From positions 63,178,001-63,242,000 of the forward strand of contig OZ024743.1 in assembly GCA_964016885.1 (NCBI GenBank): a stretch of DNA of 64,000 nucleotides, read 5' to 3'. The notes under the pieces were generated by a model. The model worked only from the letters and a program-made list of their open reading frames with translations, made no database searches and was not told where the DNA came from. The position numbers and the translations under genes were made by a program. Shown piece after piece: positions 28,087 to 40,188 of the stretch. The DNA is from Eledone cirrhosa (Eukaryota). Positions within the stretch are counted from its first letter, which is position 1. Each line of letters begins with the position of its first letter.

Positions 28087-28659
28087 TCAACAACAAGCAG
28101 TTTAAGGCTTTTTCCCATTTAAAACAAGTTAGAACTAAGGGTCCCATCACAGGATTGATAAACATTGTGGTGTCCTTAATGTTTTACAGTCGAATATTTT
28201 TCCTGTTGTCAACCCTTTTTGTTGTCTGTACAACTGACTGTGTGTGCCTCCTTAATTAGGGGATCATCATTAGTTCTTTATCACTTGTTTTTCCATGCAT
28301 GCATGGGTTGGACAGGTCATCACAAACCAAGTTAGTATTTAACTGGCATTATTGACTTCTGAAATGATACGTGCAATGCATGCATGGAATGCCTGTGTAA
28401 AATACAAATTTGAATCCAGTCAATGAATTGCTGTTTGGATCACTGCAATAACCCTTAACATCCTTTAATAATTTAGCAAAAAATTGTCTAAAAATGTGTT
28501 TGTTACTTCAAATGTTTATAGTTTCTTTACTGGTGGACAGATAGTTCTGGAAATTTTTTATAAATTAGCAAAAATTGTTGGTAGACGTGTTTGTTAATTA
28601 ACATGTTTACAGTGTATTTACAAGCGAACTGAAATATCTCTTTCTCTCTCCAATTATCC

Positions 28660-28850
28660 ATGTCCCTGCACATTCATTGACACCACACATCCATCAAAGC
28701 CTGCTCACTTCCTTTCTCTCCAGCCTTCACATATCTTCTGTATTTACTGCCTATGTTTCCCTTCCATACAGCATCACACTTCACATGCAGGCATCAAATG
28801 GCTGGCCTTTCATTTGTAGAGAGAAACCTTTTGTTATCAATACTAAACTT
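28660..28850 (-). mobile_element. Old RTE C-terminal fragment
   Basis: Translates as KGFSLQMKGQPFDACM, versus [16 protein letters not shown] in the young copies. Confidence 0.75.
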
Positions 28851-29415
28851 ATTGCATAGTACAAGAAACAATTGACTATAATGCAATCTAAATGCCTATA
28901 TGTAACATTGGCAGTCAGGTCAGAACTGACCAGATGGCAGAATACATTGTAGCAGATGCTTTGCTTTGCTTTAATATAGATTGTCAAATTTTTACAATAT
29001 GTAAACAACATTTAACTCATAACGTCCTGTACCACATGAAACTACATTAACAAGACATTCTTGTAAAGTGCAAAATAGCATCAAATTAACCTTTAGCACG
29101 CTCTAGGTGACATAAGGTGCCGATAGAGTAATTTCCCCTTAACACATAATGCAGTGTCAAGGGATGCAATTCCCCCCAAATTCTAGCAGGCTAAAGACTA
29201 AAGTTTTTACTTTAGTTTACTACAAATTTCCAAAAAATCTGTCCACTAGTAAAAACACAATGAATATTTGAATTAACAAATATATTTTTAGATATTTTCT
29301 AATTATTGCAGGGTGTTAAAAGTTATTTATGTTTCAGTCTAAGAGGGCAAGAATTCAAATAGCCTTGTTACTTTCAAAGACCTATTGTTTATAAATAAAT
29401 AAAGCACTTAACTTC

Positions 29416-29568
<153 letters not shown>

Positions 29569-30279
29569 ATCAACCCTAGTATTGAACTGGTACTTTATTG
29601 ATCATAAAAGAATGAAAGAAAATGTTGATCTCAATGGGATTTGAACTCTTGCATAGTGAGCCAAAATAAATACTGAATTATTGTTAACCCACTGTTCTAA
29701 TAACTCTACCAATCAGCTGATGCCTTATTGTCTGTAAATAACTATTACAAAATTGCCTAGGAGTTAACAGTAATAGAAACTTAGCAGTTTAATAAAACAC
29801 ACCCAGTACACTCTGAAGGTGGTTGCATTCAATCATTGAAACTATGCCAAATATGAAGCCACTCAGACACATGTAGTTTCAGATCATCCAACCCATGCCA
29901 ATACAGAAAGGGGGCATGAAATGATAACGATGAAGAAGAATGGAATTCCATTGGTTTTGAAAATGAGTTCCAGTTGTTTAATCAAGTGGATAGACTGCTT
30001 GGGAAATTAACATGCAAGTGGCTGAGCATTCAACAGATGTGTACCCGGAACATAATTCTCAGCGAGAATCAGCATGAAACTGTGTGTGTCAAGGCTGATC
30101 TGTTGAATTGCAGAAACAGTCCATTTGATAGGCAGCCAAACAGTTTCTGGCCACCCAATTTCACTCACAAGGCATGGGTGAGCCCAGGGCAATTGTAAAT
30201 GAAGCTTGGCCAAGATGCCACATAATGGGATTGAGCCTGGGACCTAATGATTGTGTAATCGATTTCCGAACCATTCTAC

Positions 30280-30640
30280 TATGCTGTGACTTCATTTTGT
30301 GAGACATTGGCAGCAACTGCGGAGGATATGCGACGGCTGGAGAAATGAAGCAAGCATGCTCCGATGGATGTGCAATATGAATGTGTGTGAACAATCAAGC
30401 ATAGATGAGTTGAGTGAGAAACTGTGTATAAGAGGGATAAACTGTAGTGTGCAGGAGAGAAGACAATGTTGATATGGACATGTGATGCACATGGAGGATG
30501 ACCGCTGGGTAAAGAAGTGCCAAGAAATGCCAGAGGAAGACCATGAAAATCATGGGCAAAGGTGATGAGAGCTAACCTCAGATCACTGAACCTCACAGAT
30601 GAGATGACGAAGGACCATGACAAATGGAGAGATGCTGTGC
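30280..30640 (+). mobile_element. Old RTE C-terminal fragment
   Basis: GAGGATATGCGACGGCTGGAGAAATGAAGCAAGCATGCTCCGATGGATGTG matches the [18 protein letters not shown] region, with indels. Confidence 0.8.
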
Positions 30641-31005
30641 TTTCTCTCCAGCATCTCCACTATTTCACCAGATCTACCTGTGAGAGTGCCAACATTAAGT
30701 GTTGCAAATCTGAGATGCGACGTCTTCATATTTTTGTTGTTCCTATATATTTGTTGCTGTGCTCATAATTGTTTTGGTATTGATACACTGGTTGGATGCC
30801 CTTCCTAACACCAGTGCCACTTTACATCATGGACTGGGTGCTTTTATTCGTGCCACCAGCACTAGAGAGGATGTCTTACTGGACTCATGTGCTATCTCTA
30901 CCCCTCCATTTTACAGCATGGTCATAACAAAAAAAAAAAACACCACTTATTGACACTCACGGTACACACACACACTCACACACCAACAATAGTATGTATA
31001 ATAAT

Positions 31006-31094
31006 AATTGTTTCTACTTTTGGCACAAGACCAGCAATTATCCCAGTGTATTACTGGTACTGTATTTTATCGACCCTGTAAGGATGAAAGGCAA
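31006..31094 (-). mobile_element. 5'-truncated (ATT)n-tailed SINE
   Basis: Matches 63711-63800 and 34059-34163; flanked by (AAT)n. Confidence 0.75.
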
Positions 31095-31116
31095 AATAAT
31101 AATAATAATAATAATA

Positions 31117-31167
<51 letters not shown>

Positions 31168-32389
31168 AGATATCTCAACAAAGCTTTTACATAAAATATT
31201 GATCTATTCACTAAACAAATTCTTTGATTTCAGACAACAAAGAGATTCTATTTAAAATACAGAACTACAAAGATCTATAAGTTTAGGAAGACTTAAACCT
31301 TCCATCATAATTTTATATAAGAACCATTGTTAAGATATGTTCCAAACAACTACTTTATGAATTATATTACTAACTCTCTAAATTCTTCATTATTTAAAGA
31401 AATATTTAAGAATTACATGCAGTGTCTTTCATTAGGAAAATGGTAACAAATGGTATGTGTTATATGTTACAAATTCCAAAAATATGGTAATGAAAATGCT
31501 TCACACTGTAAGACTGATGTTCAAACTGAATAGAATGTTAGTTTATTATTGCAGATAACTTTTTCAATAAGGACTGGAACTTAATCTCTAACTATAGGTG
31601 AACTGAAATATATAGAATTAACAACAAGATAACATTAGTGAAAGATTGTTCACACAATATATCAGCCAGCATTTCTATACTTAATCCACTCAGCTATCAA
31701 CCTCAAATATATTAAGTGTGTGTGTGTATGTGTGTGCGTGTGCGTCTGTGTGTGTCGTAAGAGGCAACTAAAAGGTTTGGTATCAGAAAGAGCATCTAGC
31801 CATAAAATACTGTCACAAAAAGGAACCCATGATGAGTATGAAGCCTATCATAGAACCCTGCAATTTTAACCCCTGCTTTAGCAGATGTCACTGTTGTAAA
31901 CAATTGGTTTCTATGGCTAAATGCCCTTATGAACTGGGAACATTTTATTGTGGCCCCAGCACTTCCACTTTACAGAGTGTACCGAGTGTACAGAATGCAT
32001 TTTATTTTGACAGTGGCACTAACATTTTACAGCTTGTATTGGGAGCATTTACAAAAACAGTACTAGGGCTGTATCGCATCAAAAATTTAAATTTTTAATT
32101 GACTACACATTTTCACAACAATCTGAGTTAACAAACCTGATTTTAGATATATTCTGCTAAATCATTACAGGATGTTAAGAGTTGTACTGTTGTACAAGTT
32201 GACAAGCTACTAGAATCTACTTTCCAACTCTGCTTATATTCGATATATCAAAAACCAATGAATTGTCTGAGAAAGCAGATGCTGTATATAATGTATACAC
32301 AAATATCTATTATTTACTTTAATATGCAGATTACCTTAATGGTAATTTAATTAGCTAAGTAATAAAATCAATATACATCTATAGAAAGT

Positions 32390-32630
32390 GTGGTCAGTTG
32401 GCAGAGATGTTAGAGCAGTGAATTGTTTTTTCGGTTCACTGCGCTCTGAGTTCAAATCTTGTGATTGTCAACTTTGCTTGTTATCCTTTTGAGGTCCATA
32501 AATAAAATACCAGCACTAGAGTTAATTTTTCTTCTCTCTCTCCTCCCACCTCTCTTGAACAGGTCAGCTTTGTTCTGACATGGAGAGGTATGGGCTGGGC
32601 TCTGCTAATTTTAAAATGTTCAAGATATGC
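32390..32630 (+). mobile_element. Decayed tRNA-derived SINE
   Basis: GTTGGCAGAGATGTTAGAGC...GAGTTCAAATC...GTCAACTTTGC...TACCAG; paralog at ~42095-42335 shares the same downstream segment. Confidence 0.6.
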
Positions 32631-32805
32631 CATCTGTCAGGACAGTGCTCCTATAACTCCATCAAGAGTTAAGGGCCCTCTACCTTTTTATTACCAAGTA
32701 TAATGTAAAATTTGATTAATGAAGAAATACTACAACACAAACAAATGGTAACTATGTGATTTATAAATTAATACAACAAAATAAACCAATAGATAAGCAT
32801 TCATT

Positions 32806-33143
32806 TCATCATCATTTCATTTTACATCCACTTTTTCCCTGCTTGCAAGGGTGGGACGGGAACCGATTCTGGCTTGATTTCTACAGCTGGATGCCCTTCC
32901 TAACACCAACCTCATTTACAGCGAGTGCTGGGTGCTTTTTTTCCGTGGCACCTCCACGACCACTTTGCAGTGGAATGATAGGGACCCCAGTCCTATCATC
33001 TCATTTTTACAGCTGAGTAAACTGGAGCAATGTGAAATAAAGTATCTTGCTCAAGGAAACAACACATCACCCGGTCTGAGAATTGAACTCACAACCTTTA
33101 TATTGCAAGGCCGATGCTCTAACCACTAAGCCATGTGCCTCCA
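32806..33143 (-). mobile_element. Second copy of the tRNA-headed RTE-tailed SINE
   Basis: Near-identical reverse complement of 13368-13713. Confidence 0.9.
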
Positions 33144-33220
33144 TATAAGCAATATATCTTCATAATTGGTTTCTATGACAAGATGTCCTTATGAACAATA
33201 ACCACTTCACAAAATGTACT

Positions 33221-33570
33221 GGGTGCATTTTATTGTGCCACCAGCACTTCCACTTTACAATGTGCGTTGGGTGCATTTTATCATGGAACAAGCACTACCA
33301 CTTTATAGTGGGTTGGGTGCATTTTATCATGGAACAAGCACTACCACTTTATAGTGGGTTGGGTGCATTTTATCATGGAACAAGCACTACCACTTTATAG
33401 TGGGTTGGGTGCATTTTATCATGGAACAAGCACTACCACTTTATAGTGGGTTGGGTGCATTTTATTGTGTCACTAGCACTACAACTTTACAGAGTTTACT
33501 GTGAGCATTTTATCTTGACACCAGCTCTCTTATATTTTACACTGTAATGGGAGCATTTTATCATGACACA
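33221..33570. repeat. 46-bp tandem repeat derived from the RTE 3'-UTR module
   Basis: GGGTGCATTTTATCATGGAACAAGCACTACCACTTTATAGTGGGTT at 33315, 33361 and 33407, with degenerate flanking copies. Confidence 0.85.
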
Positions 33571-34058
33571 AATAATAGAGGGGCTGTTTAGCCCACTGTA
33601 TGGCTAAGATGAACCTCTCCATCACATTACAGTCCTCATTCTTTCACCATAATTTACTTTTAGTGTCACAGCGCTTGTACTGGTGTGTGGGTCATCTGTA
33701 GCACAGTAAGTCTCTACTCAACACATTCCTGTGCCATCTTCTTCATGAGGTCCAGTTACTTGAGGTTATTCATAAATGTCTAATGTTCATGAGTGGGTGT
33801 GTGCACAAAAGTGTGTGAGTAAGTGAGTGTGTGACTGAGTGTATGTGTATGTGTGTGTGTGTGAGAGAGAGTATGTGAGAGTGTGTGTGCAAGAGAGAAA
33901 GAGAGAGGGAGATAGTGTGTGTGTGTGTGTGCGTGTGTGTGTGCGTGTAAATCCTTTTGATACAAGAACAGATTTGTAGTGGTTGTTGATACAGCAGTGT
34001 TACTACTGAAGCATCCTGTCTTTAATTGAGTTTAATGATGATAATAATAATAATAATA

Positions 34059-34163
34059 ATTGTTTCTACTTTAGGCACAAGGCCAGCAATTACCCAGTGC
34101 ATTACTGGTACTTTATTTTATCGACCCCGTAAGGATGAAAGGCAAAGTCAACCTCGGTGGGAT
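34059..34163 (-). mobile_element. 5'-truncated (ATT)n-tailed SINE
   Basis: Matches 63711-63815; sits within (AAT)n. Confidence 0.75.
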
Positions 34164-34645
34164 AATAATAATAATGAAGAAGAATAACAACAACAGCAAC
34201 AACAATGACAGCAATGATCATGATCATATAGCCTATATACAGTCTTGCTTACTTACACCCTAGTGAAGAACTACAAGCTACCACTATTGTCAATTCACAA
34301 TGAACTTATTCACTTGGATGTCTCTTAAGATTCCTTCTTCTCAATTACTTCAGGATGTCATTCTCACATAACATTTTTTTTTTCACACAATTATCTTTTC
34401 AATATATTCCCTGTGTCTCTTGTAAGCTTCCATACTTGTTATCATTGTTGTTTACATATATTATGTAGGTTTATTTCAGTTAATATTTTTAAAAGGAGGG
34501 GAAATAATAGCTTTTAATTTTTTAGAGGGTTATAATGGGTTACAATAGGTTACAATGAATATTTAAAAAAAAAAGGAGTTGATTTATTTACATTAACAGC
34601 AGCTTCAGGTTCAATAAGTCCCATACACACAACAGTTTATAGATT

Positions 34646-35729
34646 TTTCGTTTCTGAATTTGTTTAGCAAGATTCTTTATCTGAAATCGTGTGTTGAAAC
34701 CGATATTGTTATACTTTGGGAGGGTCATGTTGCCAATAAGAAACACACGCACCAGTTGCTTTCACTTCAATTTAATTTAATATATATTTATAAATTTACA
34801 AATTTATAAATTTCTGGTTGGTTGGTTGGTTCCACAACCAGATAGTTGTTTATATATATATAGTCATAGTTCTTTCGTCACACACTCTGTGACCTCTTCA
34901 GTGACTGGGGATTTCTTTCTTCGTTTCTGTGCCTTTCCTTTCTTCTATCCTACGCCATTTTGTTTGTGTGTGGGTTGCGTGCTCAGTTTGCGCATGCGCC
35001 ACATCCGGGTGTCTGTGTGTGTTTGTGTTCATTTTTCTATTTTTCTATTTATATTTGTTTGTTTATTTATTTATTTATTGTTGGTTGGTTGTTTGTTCTA
35101 TGTGTGTGTGTGTTTTCATTTTGTCTTGTGTGTGTTTTCATTTTGTGTGTGTTTTCAATTGTAAGTTGTTTATATATGTGTGTGTGTGTTTTCATTTTGT
35201 CCTTAATTGTAAGTTGTGATGTTGCTGTTCCACTCATATTTTCTATTTAATTTTGGTTTTAATTCTTTTATGCTTACTGCCTCTGTAATTTGCCTAAACA
35301 TTGCGTCTTTCTTGTGTGTGGATTCTATTTTTATTTCTATGCTCTCTAATTTACCCCTGTGTTCTATCTTAGCATGTTGGTAGAGCACAGATGATTCTTT
35401 ACTATCTTGGAGGTCTCGCCAGTGTTCATTTATTCGTTCCCCTATACTACGAGCTGTCTCACCTATGTACACTATATTTTTGTTTCTACATTGTCCCTCA
35501 GTACATCTTATGCTATATACTACATTTCTAGTTTTACAGTTAATATGGGGGCTTATTTTACAGGTTATACATTTCTTATCTATACATGAGGGTCTTTGGA
35601 ACGGGTATGTCTTGCTAATAAGTGTTTTTACGGAGGTACCAGGTCTTTCTACTATCTTAATATTGAGATTATGTTTCTTTAGGGCCCTTCTAAATTTGTA
35701 GGCTAGTTCACCTCTAGGGGTTGTATTGA
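34646..35729 (-). mobile_element. Penelope-like element (PLE) 3' fragment, left arm of palindrome
   Basis: Open frame TPRGELAYKF...C-x4-C-x2-C-x7-C...NVVYSIRC...YIGETARSIGERINEH...EAVSI...LN (GIY-YIG endonuclease), stop at 35203, then the 3' UTR. Confidence 0.88.
34862..34906 (-). ncRNA. Minimal type-I hammerhead-ribozyme-like motif, left arm
   Basis: Exact reverse complement of 40827-40871. Confidence 0.6.
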
Positions 35730-35901
35730 TAGAGGTGAACTAGCCTACAAATTTAGAAGGGCCCTAAAGAAACATAATCTCAATATTAAGATAGTAGAAA
35801 GACCTGGTACCTCCGTAAAAACACTTATTAGCAAGACATACCCGTTCCAAAGACCCTCATGTATAGATAAGAAATGTATAACCTGTAAAATAAGCCCCCA
35901 T
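35730..35901 (+). mobile_element. PLE right arm, proximal part
   Basis: Reverse complement of 35545-35716; interrupted after ...AAGCCCCCAT by the RTE tail. Confidence 0.9.
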
Positions 35902-38900
35902 CATCATCATCATCATCACCGTTTTACGTCCGTTCTTCCACGCTAGCATGGGTTAGACGGGTTGTCCTGTTGTGGGCAGTGTCTGGTCGGCTGACCATGC
36001 CTTGCTCATACAGGAACTGATCTGGCTTGATTTCTACAGCTGGATGCCCTTCCTAACACCAACCTCATTTACAGTGAGTGCTGGGTGCTTTTTCGTGGCG
36101 CCTACACGTCCACTTTACAGTGTGGGCTGGGTGCTTTTTTGCCGTGGCACCTCCACGACCACCTTGCGGTGGGGGGGGGGGGGGGCATATTGTTTATATG
36201 CTTCAGCATGTACCCATGGGAGGTCGGGTACCCTGTATTACTGCGTGACGCCAGAAGTCACGGTCGTGTGTCATTGACTTTGAGAGGTGTAGTTGGGTAA
36301 GGTCGGCTTTTATCACCTCATCCCAAGTCATCTTGGGTCTCCCCACTCCGCGGTTTCCATCAACTTCTAGTGCTCTGCACCTTTTTATGCAGCTGTCATC
36401 CTTCATACGCATCACATGTCCATACCAGCGTAACCGCCTCTCCTGCACGCAGCATTTGATTCCTCTTATGCTCAGTCTCTCTCTCAATTCATTTATGCTT
36501 TGTCGTTCACGTATATTACTGTTACACATCCATCGGAGCATGCAGGCTTCGTTTCTCTCTAATCTACGTAAGTCTTCCACCTTCAGCGCCCAGGTCTCAC
36601 TACCATGCAACATCGCTGTTCGGATACACGCATCATACAGTCTGCCTTTCATTCTGAGGGAGAAGCCTTTTGCAGCTAGCAGTGGTAGTAGTTCCCTAAA
36701 CTTCTTCCATCCCGTTCTTACCCTAGTTATTGTACTTTCTGAGCACCCACCTCCGTTGCTAATTCGGTCACCTAGGTAGCAGAAGCTGTCTACTGTTTCT
36801 ACAGGGCCCTCCCAGAGATTGGTGGTACTTGTTTCCTGTGGCTGTTTGCTTGCTGTTTCAGCACAGCTGCTGCATGTGAATCCTACATTCTTAATTAAGC
36901 TTCCTGAGATCCCGCTACATCTCTTGTGTACCCATTGTTTGCATTTGGGGCAAAGAATGGAGTTCCTACCTACACCTTTCCTACATACTGAGCAAGGCCA
37001 TTTCCCTGAGGGGATCTGGGTTCTGTTTTCTCGTCTACTTATAAGGACCTTAGTCTTTGTCATGTTGACTTTGAGGCCCTTTCTCTCTAGTCCCTGCTTC
37101 CAGGTTTGGAATTTATTCTCTAGTTCTACCATAGATTCAGCTATGAGTGCGAGGTCATCAGCATACAGGAGTTCCCATGGGCATCCGGTCTTAAACTCCT
37201 CCGTTATTGCCTGCAGGACTATGATGAACAGGAGAGGGCTAAGAACAGAGCCCTGGTGGACCCCAACCTGTACGCTAAATTCCTCGCTATACTCATTGCC
37301 AATCCTAACTTTGCTGACTGCTCCCCTATACATGGCTTGTACCGCTTTCACAAGCCATTCATCTACTCCTAGTTTTCTAAGAGCCCACCAGATTACTGCA
37401 CGTGGAACTCTGTCAAAGGCTTTCTCAAGGTCGACAAATGCCAAGTAGAGTGGCTTACTTTTAGCTAGGTACTTTTCCTGTAATTGCCTCACAAGGAAGA
37501 GCGCATCAGTGGTGCCTTTCCCTGGAACAAACCCAAATTGCATCTCGTCTATATTCACCCGGTCCCTAATCAGCTGTGCTATAACTCTTTCTGTTACTTT
37601 CATGACCTGGTCCATCAACTTTATACCTCTATAGTTTCCTCTATCTAGTGCATCGCCTTTACCTTTGTAGCAGTTGACAATGATGCTACTGCACCAATCT
37701 TTTGGTATGGCCCCCTCTAGTATTACCTGGTTAACGATACGTGTGGTTATAGTGTGACCTACAGACCCAGATGCCTTCAGCATCTCGGCAGCTATACCCG
37801 ATGGACCGGTTGCCTTCCCTATCTTCATATCTCTGATTGCCTTACTTACTACGCTGCCGCTGACTTGTACTGCTGGTCCCTCTATAGGGTCTACGTGGGG
37901 TAGGGTCTCTTCTTCCCATGCATTCTCCTCATTTAGTAATCTATCATAATGACTCTTCCATGCATCTTTCTTCTCAGCACTTGTGAGGGCAAGCTCACCT
38001 TTATCATTCCGGATACACTTCTCTCCAATGACATCACAACTATCTCTGACACACTGCCTCGCAATCTTGAATACCTCCTGTTTCTGGTCCTCACGTTGTA
38101 AAACATGCTTGAATTTTCTATCCTCTGCTTCCCTCCTAGCTAAGTATACTTGTCGCCTAGCTTCCCTCTTGGTCTCTATGTAATGTACCCTGCTCCCCCC
38201 GTTCTTCCATTCTTTCCATGCCTGTCTCTTGGCCTTGACTGCTTCATCTACCTTATTGTTCCACCACCAAGTCACTCTCCTCCTGCTTGAGGTCTTACTC
38301 CAGCCACAAACCTCATCCGTCGCCTCTAGTAAGTTATTTTTTAGGAACTCCCAGTTCTCTTCTACGTTAAATGTCTCTATCTGTTCTTCTTTACTGTCGT
38401 AGGCGTTGAGTAAAATATCTTTAAATCTGTTACTGGTTGAGGGGACTTTCAGCTTCCAGATCTTTCTTCTCCAGGTTGGCCTCTGTTTCAGGGCTCGTCT
38501 AGTTCTGACCGTGAGGTCGCTGACAACTAAGCTATGTTGGGATGTACATTCCTCACTAGGGAAGGCTTTTGTGTTTACGACCGTCCATCTGTCACGTCCT
38601 CTGATGAGAATAAAATCTAACTGACTAGAGTGCTCCCCTGATCTATAGGTGATCAGGTGGTTGTCGGGTTTTTTAAAGTTTGTGTTACATATCGACATGT
38701 CATTGGCGTCGCAGAATTCTAGAAGTCTGAATCCTTCCTCATTCCTTGTGCCAACTCCATGGCCTCCATGTACTCTATTGAAGCCGTCGCAGTGTTTACC
38801 TACGTGTCCGTTAAAATCTCCTGCAATGATTAGGAAGTCCTTGTCGTCTGTTAGAGCAGTAGTGTGTATTAGGGACTCGTAAAACCTATCCTTAAGTTCG

Positions 38901-40188
38901 TCTGGCAGCCCCGATTGGGGTGCGTAAGCTGATATTATTGTGGTAATTGTCTTATTCAGGACTAGTCTGAGTTTAATGATTCTTGCATTTACCCTGTACA
39001 CTGAGATTACTTTATCTACCCACTTGTCAGCTAATAGTATACCTACACCACCCATCCCATCGTCATTTCCCACCCAGAAAAATTTGTAGCACTGGCTTTT
39101 TCCTACAAGGACTCTAGCAGACCCTCCTCTCCATCTAGTCTCTTGCACACAGCATACATCAACTTCCTTTCGCTCTAGCATTTCTACGATTTCTCCTGCT
39201 CTTCCTTTCATTGAGCCTACATTGATGGTACCAACTCGGAGTTTTGGGCATTTGTCGACACTCGTAGGGGAGGGTCTCTGGGTTGGCGCTTCACGTGGGT
39301 GCTTGGTAGCTCGCAGATTCATATTTCATCTATTGATTCAGAGTTGCTCGTGTATTCCCAGCTCATCCATCCATAACGGTGGGAAAATTGAGGGCTAGAA
39401 GGACAGTGGTGGTGGGGTAATGGCAGGGTGTGTTGGGATGCGCCAGAGGAGGAGAGAGTTAGTTAGGCAGGTAGTAGTAGCAGCAGCAGTGGAAATGGCA
39501 TGCTAGGTTTGATTGGTCGAATAGACTATGGTGGTGTGTGGGGGTGGGGGGGAGGGAAATTGTGAGGTAGGAACTGAGGGTCGCATGGTAAATATCCAAG
39601 TTAATACTACATCAGTAAAATTAACAATAATAACGTCATGAAAAAAGCTACTAAGAGAAACCCTCGAAAATTTATCGCTAATACAGCAGGGAAAATTTAA
39701 CGCTAATACAGCAGGGAACATCATAATATTAACGACATGAAAAAGCTACTAAGAGAAACCCTCGAAAATTTATCGCTAATACAGCAGGGAAAATTTAACG
39801 CTAATACAGCAGGGAACATCATAATATTAACGACAATATGTAGGCTAAAATACCTTCGTAGATTAGGTGGATGGCTGGCTGGGAAAATTTGAATCAGCTC
39901 TACTGGTACATTTTAGCAGAGAAGAATGGCAAAGTGTCTTATCTCTTCAATATTTTCAGATTGAATGAATTAGGTTAAAGACAGGGTAGTAAGCCTTAAA
40001 GAAGTGCATAGAGGGGGGGGGGGGTAGGAACTGAGGGTCGCATGGTAAATAACTGAGAGAGATACAATAGGATTAGAATACCGCATGGTAAATATCCAAG
40101 TTAATAAGTTAATACTACATCAGTAAAATTAACAATAATAACGTCATGAAAAAAGCTACTATTAACATATTAACTGTACTATTAACAT
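35902..40188 (-). mobile_element. Apparently full-length RTE-clade LINE (second family) inserted in the PLE arm
   Basis: (CAT)n tail at 35902, intact ORF, ~0.85 kb upstream region. The arm offsets (coordinate sums 71446 vs 75733) give a 4287-bp insertion. Confidence 0.93.
36203..39322 (-). CDS. Intact RTE ORF, 1039 aa: APE endonuclease + reverse transcriptase with internal PHD-type zinc finger
   Basis: ATG to stop with no interruption; motifs [79 protein letters not shown]. Confidence 0.95.
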   Translation of the reverse strand: MNLRATKHPREAPTQRPSPTSVDKCPKLRVGTINVGSMKGRAGEIVEMLERKEVDVCCVQETRWRGGSARVLVGKSQCYKFFWVGNDDGMGGVGILLADKWVDKVISVYRVNARIIKLRLVLNKTITTIISAYAPQSGLPDELKDRFYESLIHTTALTDDKDFLIIAGDFNGHVGKHCDGFNRVHGGHGVGTRNEEGFRLLEFCDANDMSICNTNFKKPDNHLITYRSGEHSSQLDFILIRGRDRWTVVNTKAFPSEECTSQHSLVVSDLTVRTRRALKQRPTWRRKIWKLKVPSTSNRFKDILLNAYDSKEEQIETFNVEENWEFLKNNLLEATDEVCGWSKTSSRRRVTWWWNNKVDEAVKAKRQAWKEWKNGGSRVHYIETKREARRQVYLARREAEDRKFKHVLQREDQKQEVFKIARQCVRDSCDVIGEKCIRNDKGELALTSAEKKDAWKSHYDRLLNEENAWEEETLPHVDPIEGPAVQVSGSVVSKAIRDMKIGKATGPSGIAAEMLKASGSVGHTITTRIVNQVILEGAIPKDWCSSIIVNCYKGKGDALDRGNYRGIKLMDQVMKVTERVIAQLIRDRVNIDEMQFGFVPGKGTTDALFLVRQLQEKYLAKSKPLYLAFVDLEKAFDRVPRAVIWWALRKLGVDEWLVKAVQAMYRGAVSKVRIGNEYSEEFSVQVGVHQGSVLSPLLFIIVLQAITEEFKTGCPWELLYADDLALIAESMVELENKFQTWKQGLERKGLKVNMTKTKVLISRRENRTQIPSGKWPCSVCRKGVGRNSILCPKCKQWVHKRCSGISGSLIKNVGFTCSSCAETASKQPQETSTTNLWEGPVETVDSFCYLGDRISNGGGCSESTITRVRTGWKKFRELLPLLAAKGFSLRMKGRLYDACIRTAMLHGSETWALKVEDLRRLERNEACMLRWMCNSNIRERQSINELRERLSIRGIKCCVQERRLRWYGHVMRMKDDSCIKRCRALEVDGNRGVGRPKMTWDEVIKADLTQLHLSKSMTHDRDFWRHAVIQGTRPPMGTC

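Noticed and set aside
34826-35250. Hydrophobic membrane-protein-like ORFs (mirrored at 40483-40907)
   Set aside because: Translation of the T/G-rich strand of the PLE 3' UTR.
36333-38882. Antisense ORFs over the RTE ORF (also over copies A-D)
   Set aside because: Shadow frames of the real ORF with no recognisable motifs.
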